Source of the DNA: Bryobacteraceae bacterium
GTDB lineage: Bacteria > Acidobacteriota > Terriglobia > Bryobacterales > Bryobacteraceae
Direction: 5' to 3'
Length of the DNA: 64,000 nucleotides
Assembly (NCBI GenBank): GCA_049516355.1
Contig: JBEKTF010000004.1
Location: 1,931-65,930, forward strand
Position numbers and translations under genes: made by a program. The stretch's first letter is position 1. Every line of letters starts with the position of its first letter. A model generated the notes under the pieces. That model saw only the letters and a program-made list of their open reading frames with translations. It was not told where the DNA came from and searched no databases. Below, one piece after another: positions 55,064 to 63,883 of this stretch.

Positions 55064-55597
55064 ATGGAGCTTATGCGAAGGACAATCTGCTTACTATGTG
55101 CGGCGCTCACGTCGGGTGGCGGCCTGATGGCCGAATCAGCGGCAGGGTTGAAATGGATGGCTCCCGCGGAGTGGGCATCGGAGGGTTCAGCTCCATTCCG
55201 CGTGGTGACCTATAGCGTGCCGGCCGCACCGGGCAGCGAGAAGGCTGAGTGCATCGTGTACTTCTTCGGCCCGGGGCAGGGCGGGAGCGTGGAGGCGAAT
55301 CTCGATCGCTGGAAAGGGCAGTTCTCGCAAAATGGCAAGCCGGCGGAAGCGAAAGTCATGCGACGGGTGGTGCATGGAGTCAAGATCACGACCATTGACC
55401 TGACCGGAACCTACACGGCCACTGGCGGCCAGGTGAAGGAGGGGCAGGGGCCCCTGACGGGCTATCGCATGGTGGCGTCCGTTGCGGAGGGCGCGGGTGG
55501 AAACATTTTCATCCGCTTCATCGGACCCGAAAGGACGGTGACGGCGGGGCTGGCGAAATACGAGCACCTACTTTCCTCCTTGCAACCACAGCAGTAA
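55064..55597 (+). CDS. secreted hypothetical protein
   Basis: Signal peptide MELMRRTICLLCAALTSGGGLMA. No named domain. Confidence 0.55.
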   Translation: MELMRRTICLLCAALTSGGGLMAESAAGLKWMAPAEWASEGSAPFRVVTYSVPAAPGSEKAECIVYFFGPGQGGSVEANLDRWKGQFSQNGKPAEAKVMRRVVHGVKITTIDLTGTYTATGGQVKEGQGPLTGYRMVASVAEGAGGNIFIRFIGPERTVTAGLAKYEHLLSSLQPQQ

Positions 55598-55810
55598 GAG
55601 GAATAGGCTGTTTCCGGAATACTCACACGTAGTCATTGCAGGTGGCGGGAGAAAATCATCGCGGTGGTGACGCGTGAGATGCATCACTGGCGGTTTTGCG
55701 ACGAACGGTTTTGGGCGTGATTGGGGAGCTCTCTCCCGTTGTCGGGCCGACAGTATCCTGCGCCGACGCGACTGCGGCAAGCAGCAACAGCGCGAATGCC
55801 AACCGTATTC

Positions 55811-56730
55811 TCATCGCAGCAATGCAGGATCGCTGTTCGATCCATGGATGCGCGCGTGGCACGACGTGCACCGCTGGTATCTCGGATCCAGAAGATTATG
55901 CGTAGCCGGAGTCTGGAAGACACCGAGGTTTTCGCGTCCGAATGTTCCCGCGCCGTTGTGACATTCGAGGCACAGAGTAAACACAACCGGCCGGCGCAAA
56001 CGAACGCGAAGCTGTTCGAACCGTGCGGCACATGGCAGGCCTCGCACCCTTCCACGCGCAAGCTGGGATGCTCGAAGATAAAGGGCCCGCGTTTATCGAC
56101 ATGGCACTTGAGACAAGGCTCTTCGTTATCGAAAGCAGGCTGCAGCATCGCCGAACTGCCGCCCATGCGCGAGGTGGCCGCAGACGATCCGTGTGGATTG
56201 TGACAATCGCTGCACCGCACCACTCCTTCATTTACGCGATGCTTTGACGGCATTTCGAATTGCGCGCGCTCGGAAGCATGGCAGGAATAACAAAGCTCAG
56301 TCTGTACCTTGGCAAGCAGGAACCTCGGTGTTGCGGGTTTATGAATCGAATGGCAGTTGGTGCAGACGACATCCGCCTCCGTATGCGGCGACCACTGGAT
56401 GTTGGCGCGCGTGATGTCTTTCGAATGGCAGCCGAGACACGTCTCCAGCTTCCGGCCCGGAGTGAAAGTGGAAAAAGCCCCGATGGTCCCTTTGCCGCCG
56501 CGAGCCGCGACATGATCGCCACCGGGACCGTGGCATCCCTCGCAACCCGTCTTCGCGGGTTCTTCCTTCCCGGAGACGACTGACTTATTGTGCGGATTCT
56601 TGTAGAAGTTCAGCGCCACGTCGGCATGACAGGTTTTACAGACCTCGCTGCCGACATATTGATTTGCGGACTTCTGTGCCGTCTGTCCCTGCAGCAGCAG
56701 CGGCAAAAACAGGAGTGCAGTCCATTTCAT
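55811..56730 (-). pseudogene. decahaem c-type cytochrome (MtrA/DmsE-like) with a frameshift
   Basis: Signal peptide plus eight CxxCH motifs in the frame of 56730 (CKTCH, CEGCH, CLGCH, CTNCH, CYSCH, CSDCH, CLKCH, CEACH). Two more (CLECH, CTSCH) and a natural C-terminus lie in the frame of track ORF 55811-56047. The frames meet near 56010-56016. Total length ~306 aa if joined. Confidence 0.7.
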
Positions 56731-56801
56731 GCTGGTCCTGATCCGATCTCAACAGATCCGGCGTCTGCAGGTGTTTTGAAGATGTGAAAATGTTGTCCTG
56801 A

Positions 56802-57116
56802 GCGTTAGAGCGGGAACGAGTCATCTCCTTTGCGGAAACGCAAGTCGATGTCGAGCGCCGCGTCGTCACCCGGCGGGGCCAGGAAATCAAATTTACTCCC
56901 GCGGAGTACAATTTGCTGACCTTCTTCCTTCAGAATCCCGACCGCCCGCTCTCGCGAGACATGATCCTCAATTCTGTTTGGGGCTATGAATCCTTCCCTA
57001 ACACCCGGACCGTGGATGCGCATGTCGTGCGGCTCCGGCAGAAACTGGAAGCTGATCCCAATTGCCCGCGGCATTTCCTGACACTGCTTAAAGTGGGATA
57101 CCGCTTCCTTCCCTGA
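56802..57116 (+). pseudogene. OmpR/PhoB-type winged-helix DNA-binding domain ORF lacking a receiver domain and a canonical start
   Basis: Open frame from the stop at 56799: ..VDVERRVVTRRGQEIKFTPAEYNLLTFFLQNPDRPLSRDMILNSVWGYESFPNTRTVDAHVVRLRQKLE..VGYRFLP is a complete Trans_reg_C domain. The first ATG/GTG/TTG in frame is TTG 56913, which lies inside the domain. Confidence 0.6.
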
Positions 57117-57117
57117 C

Positions 57118-57519
57118 ATGCCGAAGCTGGTGCTTATCGTCGAAGACACCGAAACCTGCGCGGAGACACTGCAAATTGCCCTCGAGCTGATCCCGGGCGT
57201 GGAAGTACGCAGCATTCACAGCCCCCGCGCCGCAATCGCCATTCTGAACGAGCGCTTCAACGATATCGCCGCAATTGTCACGGACCTGAACCTTGACTTG
57301 AATGGCAACCAGAGCGTCGGATCACTGGGCGACGGCCTCGATCTGATCCGGTTACTTCGCGCCGAGCCCCGATTCGCCCGCCTTCCGATTTTATTGATCA
57401 GCGGAGACAGCGATCCGCTGCTTTCCGAGCGGGCGCGCGCATACGGCGCCGATGCATTCTTTCCAAAACCATATTCGCCCGCCGCCGTGCGCAAGAAACT
57501 GGAGCAACTTCTATGCTGA
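57118..57519 (+). CDS. stand-alone response-regulator receiver (CheY-like) protein
   Basis: LVLIVEDT, phospho-acceptor region AAIVTDLNL, LLISGD, FFPKPY. The ATG lies 1 nt after the stop of the wHTH ORF. Confidence 0.8.
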   Translation: MPKLVLIVEDTETCAETLQIALELIPGVEVRSIHSPRAAIAILNERFNDIAAIVTDLNLDLNGNQSVGSLGDGLDLIRLLRAEPRFARLPILLISGDSDPLLSERARAYGADAFFPKPYSPAAVRKKLEQLLC

Positions 57520-57845
57520 CGAAATCGCTTGGCCTCTGCCTGCTGGCGCTCGCGATGCCGCGTCCAGCGGCGCCTCAGGCCAGCCCGGATATGCAGAAAA
57601 TCATCGACCGTCTGGACAAACTGGAAGACCAGAACCGCCAACTGCTGGATGAAATTCACCAGTTGCGCAGTGAGTTGACGGCAGCGAAGACTTCGGCGCA
57701 GCCCGGTAACGCCGCGGTCACAGCGGTTCCTGCCGAGGAGCGGCTGGCCGTCCAGGAAAGCCGGACCGCTGAACTTGAGCAATCGAAGGTCGCGGCATCA
57801 CAGCGATTTCCGGGACCTCTCAATATCCTGAAACCGCGAGTCTGA
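57513..57845 (+). CDS. secreted coiled-coil protein, probably 3'-truncated
   Basis: Signal peptide, then a heptad-like region (IIDRLDKLEDQNRQLLDEIHQLRSEL). The ORF ends abruptly where antisense-coded fragments begin. Overlaps the receiver stop (ATGCTGA). Confidence 0.45.
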   Translation: MLTKSLGLCLLALAMPRPAAPQASPDMQKIIDRLDKLEDQNRQLLDEIHQLRSELTAAKTSAQPGNAAVTAVPAEERLAVQESRTAELEQSKVAASQRFPGPLNILKPRV

Positions 57846-57859
57846 CCCGGGCCCATCCG

Positions 57860-58037
57860 TTTGAGCGGGGAAGCGCGGTGCGGCGGCGCCGACCACATTG
57901 ATGTAACTTCCCGGACCCTCGCCTCCGCCGAGGGATGCGATCACTTCGCCTCGCGGGTCCGTCACCAGGAACAACGCATCCGATTGCGAGACCTTCGACC
58001 AGACTTCGGCCGCTGTGTCCTTGATGGTTGCGCGATC
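57860..58037 (-). pseudogene. gene fragment (sensor-domain-like), distal half
   Basis: The minus strand encodes DRATIKDTAAEVWSKVSQSDALFLVTDPRGEVIASLGGGEGPGSYINVVGAAAP, with no start or upstream continuation on that strand. Confidence 0.4.
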
Positions 58038-58180
58038 TGTTGCGGAACCTGCAAAGCGAACTCCAGAGCAGCTTTGGGGCATATGAATCACTGTGGCGGG
58101 CCCGCGGGGCGACACTACGTTCCGTGAGTCTGGTGCTCAGCGGCATGTCCGACGTCCGCGCGGCTTTTCAAACGAACGAC
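58034..58180 (+). pseudogene. gene fragment (sensor-domain-like), proximal half, on the opposite strand
   Basis: The plus strand encodes DLLRNLQSELQSSFGAYESLWRARGATLRSVSLVLSGMSDVRAAFQTND. Its C-terminal end would read naturally into DRATIKD.., which is encoded on the other strand. Confidence 0.4.
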
Positions 58181-58265
58181 GTCCTGGCCGTTGAATGCTT
58201 CGCAGGGCGGGGTGATCTCACCATTGCTGAGTAACATCTTTCTACACGAGGTAGACCGCAGATGG
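58181..58265 (+). mobile_element. group II intron-type reverse transcriptase fragment (RT motif 4)
   Basis: The plus strand encodes ..SQGGVISPLLSNIFLHEVDRRW, the (P)QGGVISPLLSNIYLHELD block of group II intron RTs. It is preceded by DVLAVE in a neighbouring frame. Confidence 0.6.
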
Positions 58266-58918
58266 TGCCGGAGCGAACCATGCCCGGATCAGGCGTATTA
58301 TCTGCACGTCTCCCACACGCCGCTCCACCAGCTCCACCAACAGCTCGTGATCGATTGTGTCGAAGTACGATTTCAGATCCACGTCCACCACATGAAGATA
58401 GTCCTCGTTGACGTCGGCCCGGTTGTCCCGGGCTTCATCGGTACTGCGGCCCCCTCCGACTCCCTGTCCGGCTTCGTTACCGCGCTTTCGGGGGCTACCC
58501 TTATGCGCTTCCCTACCGGTCGGATTCTTCTCCGCCGGACCGAACAGGGTCTCTCCGGTTAACTTGATGCGCTGTCTGTGCGTGCCGCCGCCCGATGCAC
58601 CGTCCCGGCGGTCCAACCCAAGTCTCGCTGATGGTTGAACCGTGGCAGGCTTCGCCTCTGGGACACAGGCTCGCCCCGGGAATAATTCCAGTTGAGTCGG
58701 CCTACTCACTGGTGGGGTTAACGATGCCGAAACGGCGTTCACTTCTGTTGCGGCCCGCAGATTCGCCTCGCCTCCCTGCCGACAGGTGAAGGCTTTGTCA
58801 TCCCGCTTCTCCGCCGCCGATTGCTCCGCGACGAAGGGGATCAGGCTATCGGGTGAACGAGTCATTACCCGAGTTGATTCCTCTCAATCAACAAGTCCAT
58901 CAAGTCCTCTCGGACGCA
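58266..58918 (-). mobile_element. group II intron remnant: RT motif 3 fragment plus possible 5' ribozyme portion
   Basis: The minus strand encodes EDYLHVVDVDLKSYFDTIDHELLVELVERRVGDVQIIRLIRAWF (RT3 plus the RIxDxxxLxLIRxWL block). The ~480 nt upstream on that strand show no RT0-2 motifs in any frame, are rich in GAAA loops, and begin with GTGCG at 58918. The ribozyme interpretation is inference. Confidence 0.5.
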
Positions 58919-59359
58919 CGTCCCCAGACCCCTGGGATTTTAGACGCTTTGATGCCAATCCCAGTTAGAGGTTTGTCGCTGGGGTCCGGCTCGACGCCGG
59001 CCCCAGCCTGGTCTTGGCCCCGGAGTCGGCGCTCAGGTTGCTTCCCGGCAGAGCCCTATCCTCCGCTCCGGTCGCTTGGAGTGTATCTCGATAGGAATCC
59101 AGAACGCAATGAACGACAAAAACAAACGGCTTGACCGGAACAGCGCTTTCAGACATAGTACATAACAGCCGGTTCCAGACGGGAGTGTCGGGGCGAGAGA
59201 ATTACGCTCGACTTGCCGCAAGCCGCTCACGAACCGTTATAAAGAATTGCTTCCAGTAGCGCAGCTTTGTACCGCGAGTGCTCACCAATGCTAAGCCGAA
59301 CAGCTTCCAAAGCGACTGTTCTTCGGCGATCGCTGGATGGACGGCTGCAAAGATGTCCA

Positions 59360-62053
59360 TTATTTCCTTTCCAGTTCCTTCTCGAGCGCCTCCAACCCTC
59401 GCGTCAGCTGGCCGGCTTGTTCCCGAAGACGTTGCAGTCGCTCCATTACTTCGGGTCGGCTTGGCGTCGTTGCCTCCGAAGTCGGAGCACCTTTGGCTGA
59501 CGTCGGGCGGCCCGTCAGCTCTGCCAAAGCGTCCTCGAAAGTATCCCGATAAACCAGCCTGTCCCCCATGGCCAGCACGACCTTCTTGAGCTGTGGCATA
59601 CGGGCTTCGGTGGCCTGAATGTAAATGGATTCGACGTAAAGGAAACCGCTGCTCATCGGCAGAGCGATCATGTTTCCGCGCAGAACATGCGAGCCCTGCT
59701 GGTTCCACAGAGTGAGATCCTTGGAGATGTTCTCGTCCTGATCGATGCGAGACTCAATCTGCTGTGGACCATACATCAGCTGCTGCTTCGAGAGCTGAAA
59801 GAAGAACAGTTCCCCCAATCGATCGCCGTCGCAGCGAGCGGCCATCCACCCGATCAAATTGTCCTTGCTTCGCGGAGTGAAAGGCAGAATCAGAAGGAAT
59901 TCCGGCTCTTTCTCGCCAGGTAGAGTGGCCACCACGTAAGTGGGCTGCATGGGCGCAGGCTTTTCCGACTGGCTCAACAGGCTGTGGGCGATCTCCCAGA
60001 CGTCTTCCTTGTTGTAGAACACCTGCGGATCACGCATATGAAAAATGCGATAAGCCTCAGCCTGCGTGCGAAAGAGAGCTTCAGGATACCGTGCGTGGCG
60101 GCGAAGGTCGGCGGGCATTTCGGAAGCAGCCCGGAATAGTTTTGGGAACAGGTTTTCGAACGTCTGAATGATGGGGTCGCTCGGATCGAATACATACAGA
60201 GACATCTGCCCCGTGTAAGCATCCACGGTGGCCTTCACGGCGTTGCGAATGTACCTGGCGTCCTCGTCCAAGCCCGTCACGGGAACCGTTGCCGCGTAGG
60301 GGTGCCAGTGAGAAGTCGTGTAGCCGTCAACCATCCAGACCAGTCTGCCGTCATCGGTGATCACCAGATAAGGATCAGCGTCCCAGTGCAGGAATGCAGC
60401 CAGATGCGACAATCTTTCGCGCACCCTCCGATGAATCATCATGCGGCTCTGCCCGGTGAGATATCCCGTAAGGATGATGTTCGGTTCGCCCAGGGATATC
60501 GCGGCAGCGGTCTTCACCAGAGCAGAGCTGACGGGAAATCCGCCGGTACCCTGGTACGTCGAATACTTGTTCTGGCTGCCAGACGGATAATCGAACTCCT
60601 CACGGGCCGTGTGCACAAACACCGGCTCCTGAGTGCTTTCGCCATAATAGACTTCGGGCCGTGTGAGCCGAAACCCAGGAGACTTGATTTCGGGCGGAGC
60701 GTTCTCCACGAGTAGGACCGGCAGGCCGTCAGGCGTAACCTTGTTGACCTCCGATACCACCAAGCCAAAGCCATGAGTGTAGATGAACCGCGGATTGATC
60801 CAACTCTGCCGGGCCTCGGCTGGTAATTGGCCAACATCGATTTCACGCGCGGATACCAGCACCTGTTTGATATGGCCGTTGATGAAATATCGATCAACGT
60901 CGGTGTCGGCGAAAGTGTAATACGGACGTAACGCCTGGATCTGAGTGATGGTTTCGTTATAGGCGCGTAAGTCCCAGAGACGAATATTATCGAGCAGCGA
61001 CTCGTTCTGCCCCGCATCCGGCAGCTCTTGCGCCGAAGGCGTGAAGGGACGCTCGGTGGCGCGCCGATTCAGGCCAAAGGCGGCCACGGTAGCCTGAATA
61101 TGGCGCTCGATATATGGGCGCTCGATTGAGATCTCATTCGGTCGTACATATGCAACGCGCACGATGCCTGGCGGAACCAACTGAACTACCAGAACCGTAG
61201 TCAAAAGGAACAGCGCCTTCTTGTATCTCGACGCCCAGACCAGTGGGACAGCTGCTAGTGTCGCAATAATGAAGAGCCAGCGCAAAGGAAGAGTAACCCT
61301 CGCGTCTACGTAATCCGCGCCGGTCATAAAGGCGTGAGAGTTGAACAGAAGCTTGTAGTTGCCGAGAAAAACTCCCGCGGCAGCGCCAAGCAACAGTATG
61401 ACGGCGATCACTCGCACGAATCCGGCACGAGTGGCGCCGGGCAGCAGCAGCGTTCGGGGCTGCAGATCGGGACTTCCCTGCGAATGCGCACCATCGAAGC
61501 CTTGTGCTAACTGGCATCCCCGAGCCGTGACCCAGAAAACCAGGGCGCAAAGAATTGCCAGAACGAACACAAACGTGAGCATGTTCGAGTAGAACGGGAG
61601 ATCGAACAGATAGAAGGGTAGAGGTCGCGAAAAAACCTGGTCCCTCCAAGCATCCCGTGCCAGCTCGAGTTTGCGTGAGCCGAGAAAACGCATGATAGTC
61701 CAGTAGTCGATCGAGGCTGAGGCGAACAATATCGAAACCACTGCCAGCACCAATGGAACCAGCCCGAGGTACGGAGGAAAGTCGCGGCGGTTGATTCCGG
61801 CGAAGCGCAGTCCCTGCCCGTGAGCGACTGAGAGCGCGATAAAAGCGATCAGCGCGCCCGCAACAACGGAGCCTATGCTGTATTTCAGTATCCTCAGCCA
61901 CGTCTCAACCTGCCCATTCTCCTTCCACCAGTTGTACTCGATGGTGAAATGAGCTGCGATCATCAAGACCGGAATCAGGGCCAGCAGGACCGCCATTGGG
62001 ATCAGTAGTCGAGGCCCGGCAGGATGGATCGGCGAAATCTTTTCTTGCCTCAT
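59360..62053 (-). CDS. UPF0182-family large membrane protein
   Basis: N-terminal multi-TM region, then a large soluble part with IRLWDLRAYNETITQIQALRPYYTF.. typical of UPF0182. Start moved to ATG 62053 (MRQEKISP). Confidence 0.75.
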   Translation of the reverse strand: MRQEKISPIHPAGPRLLIPMAVLLALIPVLMIAAHFTIEYNWWKENGQVETWLRILKYSIGSVVAGALIAFIALSVAHGQGLRFAGINRRDFPPYLGLVPLVLAVVSILFASASIDYWTIMRFLGSRKLELARDAWRDQVFSRPLPFYLFDLPFYSNMLTFVFVLAILCALVFWVTARGCQLAQGFDGAHSQGSPDLQPRTLLLPGATRAGFVRVIAVILLLGAAAGVFLGNYKLLFNSHAFMTGADYVDARVTLPLRWLFIIATLAAVPLVWASRYKKALFLLTTVLVVQLVPPGIVRVAYVRPNEISIERPYIERHIQATVAAFGLNRRATERPFTPSAQELPDAGQNESLLDNIRLWDLRAYNETITQIQALRPYYTFADTDVDRYFINGHIKQVLVSAREIDVGQLPAEARQSWINPRFIYTHGFGLVVSEVNKVTPDGLPVLLVENAPPEIKSPGFRLTRPEVYYGESTQEPVFVHTAREEFDYPSGSQNKYSTYQGTGGFPVSSALVKTAAAISLGEPNIILTGYLTGQSRMMIHRRVRERLSHLAAFLHWDADPYLVITDDGRLVWMVDGYTTSHWHPYAATVPVTGLDEDARYIRNAVKATVDAYTGQMSLYVFDPSDPIIQTFENLFPKLFRAASEMPADLRRHARYPEALFRTQAEAYRIFHMRDPQVFYNKEDVWEIAHSLLSQSEKPAPMQPTYVVATLPGEKEPEFLLILPFTPRSKDNLIGWMAARCDGDRLGELFFFQLSKQQLMYGPQQIESRIDQDENISKDLTLWNQQGSHVLRGNMIALPMSSGFLYVESIYIQATEARMPQLKKVVLAMGDRLVYRDTFEDALAELTGRPTSAKGAPTSEATTPSRPEVMERLQRLREQAGQLTRGLEALEKELERK

Positions 62054-62194
62054 ATGTATGCCGTCATCCGTGGGTGCAGTACAGTGTGTCGGCGGTGCTC
62101 GGCATTGGGGCGAGCAAGCCGCTCCGCGAGCGACCAGCCTCCCAGCGATCCACAAAAGGGAGGTAAATCATGACACACCCTGAAAAGCACGTGC

Positions 62195-63265
62195 ATGTCC
62201 ATCGAAAATGGAATTGCAAGTGGTGTGCTGGCCGATTCGTGCGCGATAGAGCGCAAAAGTCGTCTTATGTCCGTCAAAAGACGCAAAAGCTCAAAACGGA
62301 AACGGAACACGGGGAACCACCGGAAGCCGACGCAGTATCGGCTTGAAAGCGGTTACGGCCTGTCACGCCTCTACACTCGTCGTGTCAGCCGTGTGATTTG
62401 TCATTGGCGATCCGGAAACAACTCTGTCCCGGCGAGCCGTTCGAACGCTACGATCGACGCCATCCATAACAAGGCGGCGATCGGGCTCAGCGTTGCCGGC
62501 GCGCCCGGGTTCCAGTTCCTGGACCTTGGCACGTCGTCGTTCGAGCCGGCATTCGCATCGCCTGCAGGTCGTATTTCGGAGGACCCGCTGTTCGACCCGA
62601 CCCGCAACCTGCTGCTGTCGGCGACTGAGATTAACGATTTCGAGATCGTCGACGTGGCCACCAGTACGAGTCCCGCGTTCTTCGAAAACAGAGGTATCCC
62701 GAGCGAAGGAGAGCTTGATTCCTCGGCTGAGGAGTGCACTACTGGCATTGCTCTAGCGCCTGCAGAGTTTTCTGGACCATCCCATGTGTTCATTGCCGAT
62801 CTGACTCAGGCCACGTTTACGGCTGGCTCGCCCGGCACATGGACCGCGCCTTCACAGGTTCAGAGCCTGTCGGAGTCTTTCCTGGCGGCGGGACCAAGCG
62901 GCAGCGCGGTGGCTCAGGGAACCCATACCGGGGTTGTGACGGGGGAATTCGGCGGCAAGACCCTCACGGCGATTGCGCTTCCCGCCACCTCCGGCAGCGG
63001 TACTCCCGCGATCGGCGACTGGGTGACGTGCGCAATCGGGAGCGGCTTCTCGAATGGGTTTGACCCTCACACCGTGACTGCATATCAGAGTCCGAACACT
63101 GGCGACGCAATCGCGGCACTCGCGAACGGAGGCGCGACTATTCTGGCGGTAGTCGACCTCACGCAGATGCTGAATCCCACGATCGTACCGCGGACCGGTG
63201 CCGGCCACGGGTGCGCGTCGGGTACTCTCCCTGCGACGGTGGTGAGCTTCATCACCGTACCGTAG
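62195..63265 (+). CDS. hypothetical protein, possibly 5'-truncated
   Basis: Long Gly/Ser/Thr/Ala-rich ORF with coding-like periodicity, but no signal peptide and an odd Lys/Arg-rich N-terminus (KRRKSSKRKRNTGNHRKP). The start is uncertain. Confidence 0.45.
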   Translation: MSIENGIASGVLADSCAIERKSRLMSVKRRKSSKRKRNTGNHRKPTQYRLESGYGLSRLYTRRVSRVICHWRSGNNSVPASRSNATIDAIHNKAAIGLSVAGAPGFQFLDLGTSSFEPAFASPAGRISEDPLFDPTRNLLLSATEINDFEIVDVATSTSPAFFENRGIPSEGELDSSAEECTTGIALAPAEFSGPSHVFIADLTQATFTAGSPGTWTAPSQVQSLSESFLAAGPSGSAVAQGTHTGVVTGEFGGKTLTAIALPATSGSGTPAIGDWVTCAIGSGFSNGFDPHTVTAYQSPNTGDAIAALANGGATILAVVDLTQMLNPTIVPRTGAGHGCASGTLPATVVSFITVP

Positions 63266-63286
63266 GCTACGCAATTTGATCAACGC

Positions 63287-63883
63287 GTGCGCACAAGCTT
63301 TGTAACCATGATCGCGGCTATCGCTAAGACGATCGAAGCTCGTGATCCGTATACCGCTGGCCATCAGCAGCGTGTGGCACAACTTTCAACAGCAATTGCG
63401 CGCAAGCTTGGACTGTCAGAGCGTCAAACGGAAGGAATACATCTTGCAAGTGTTATTCACGATATCGGAAAAATCGGCATCCCAGCCGAGATTCTTAGCA
63501 AACCCAGCAAACTTTCCCGGATTGAACTTGCCTTGATCCAGGAACACGCTGAGGCCGGTTATCTTATCCTAAAAGACATCAATTTCCCGTGGCCAATAGC
63601 GCAAATCGTGCGCCAGCATCATGAGCGGTTCGACGGATCCGGTTATCCTCAGGGTTTGAAAGGCGATGATATTCTGATCGAAGCGAGAATTCTCGCCGTG
63701 GCTGACACGATCGATGCCATGATTTCTCATCGGCCATACCGCCCTGGACTCGGTGTTGAGATGGCGCTGCAAGAGATCCTCCGTAATAAAGCCCGCCTCT
63801 ACGATCCCGTAGTAGTCGATGCCTGTATCACGCTGTTTCGGCGAGAAAAATTTAAATTTTCGATCGTAGGAGACTCCTGCTGA
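63287..63883 (+). CDS. stand-alone HD-GYP domain protein (putative c-di-GMP phosphodiesterase)
   Basis: IEARDPYTAGHQQRVA, HDIGKIGIP, HHERFDGSGYPQGL (GYP), AVADTIDAM. GTG start (alternative ATG 63308). Confidence 0.8.
   Translation: MRTSFVTMIAAIAKTIEARDPYTAGHQQRVAQLSTAIARKLGLSERQTEGIHLASVIHDIGKIGIPAEILSKPSKLSRIELALIQEHAEAGYLILKDINFPWPIAQIVRQHHERFDGSGYPQGLKGDDILIEARILAVADTIDAMISHRPYRPGLGVEMALQEILRNKARLYDPVVVDACITLFRREKFKFSIVGDSC

Noticed and set aside
56805-57215. 136-aa minus-strand ORF overlapping the wHTH and receiver genes.
   Set aside because: It is antisense to two ORFs with clear response-regulator motifs and has no motif of its own.
58980-59040. GGGGCCGGCGTCGAGCCGGACCCC on the minus strand looked superficially like a tmRNA or tRNA-like 5' end.
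   Set aside because: There is no tag-peptide reading frame, no T-arm and no CCA-adjacent acceptor pairing. It is just a GC hairpin.
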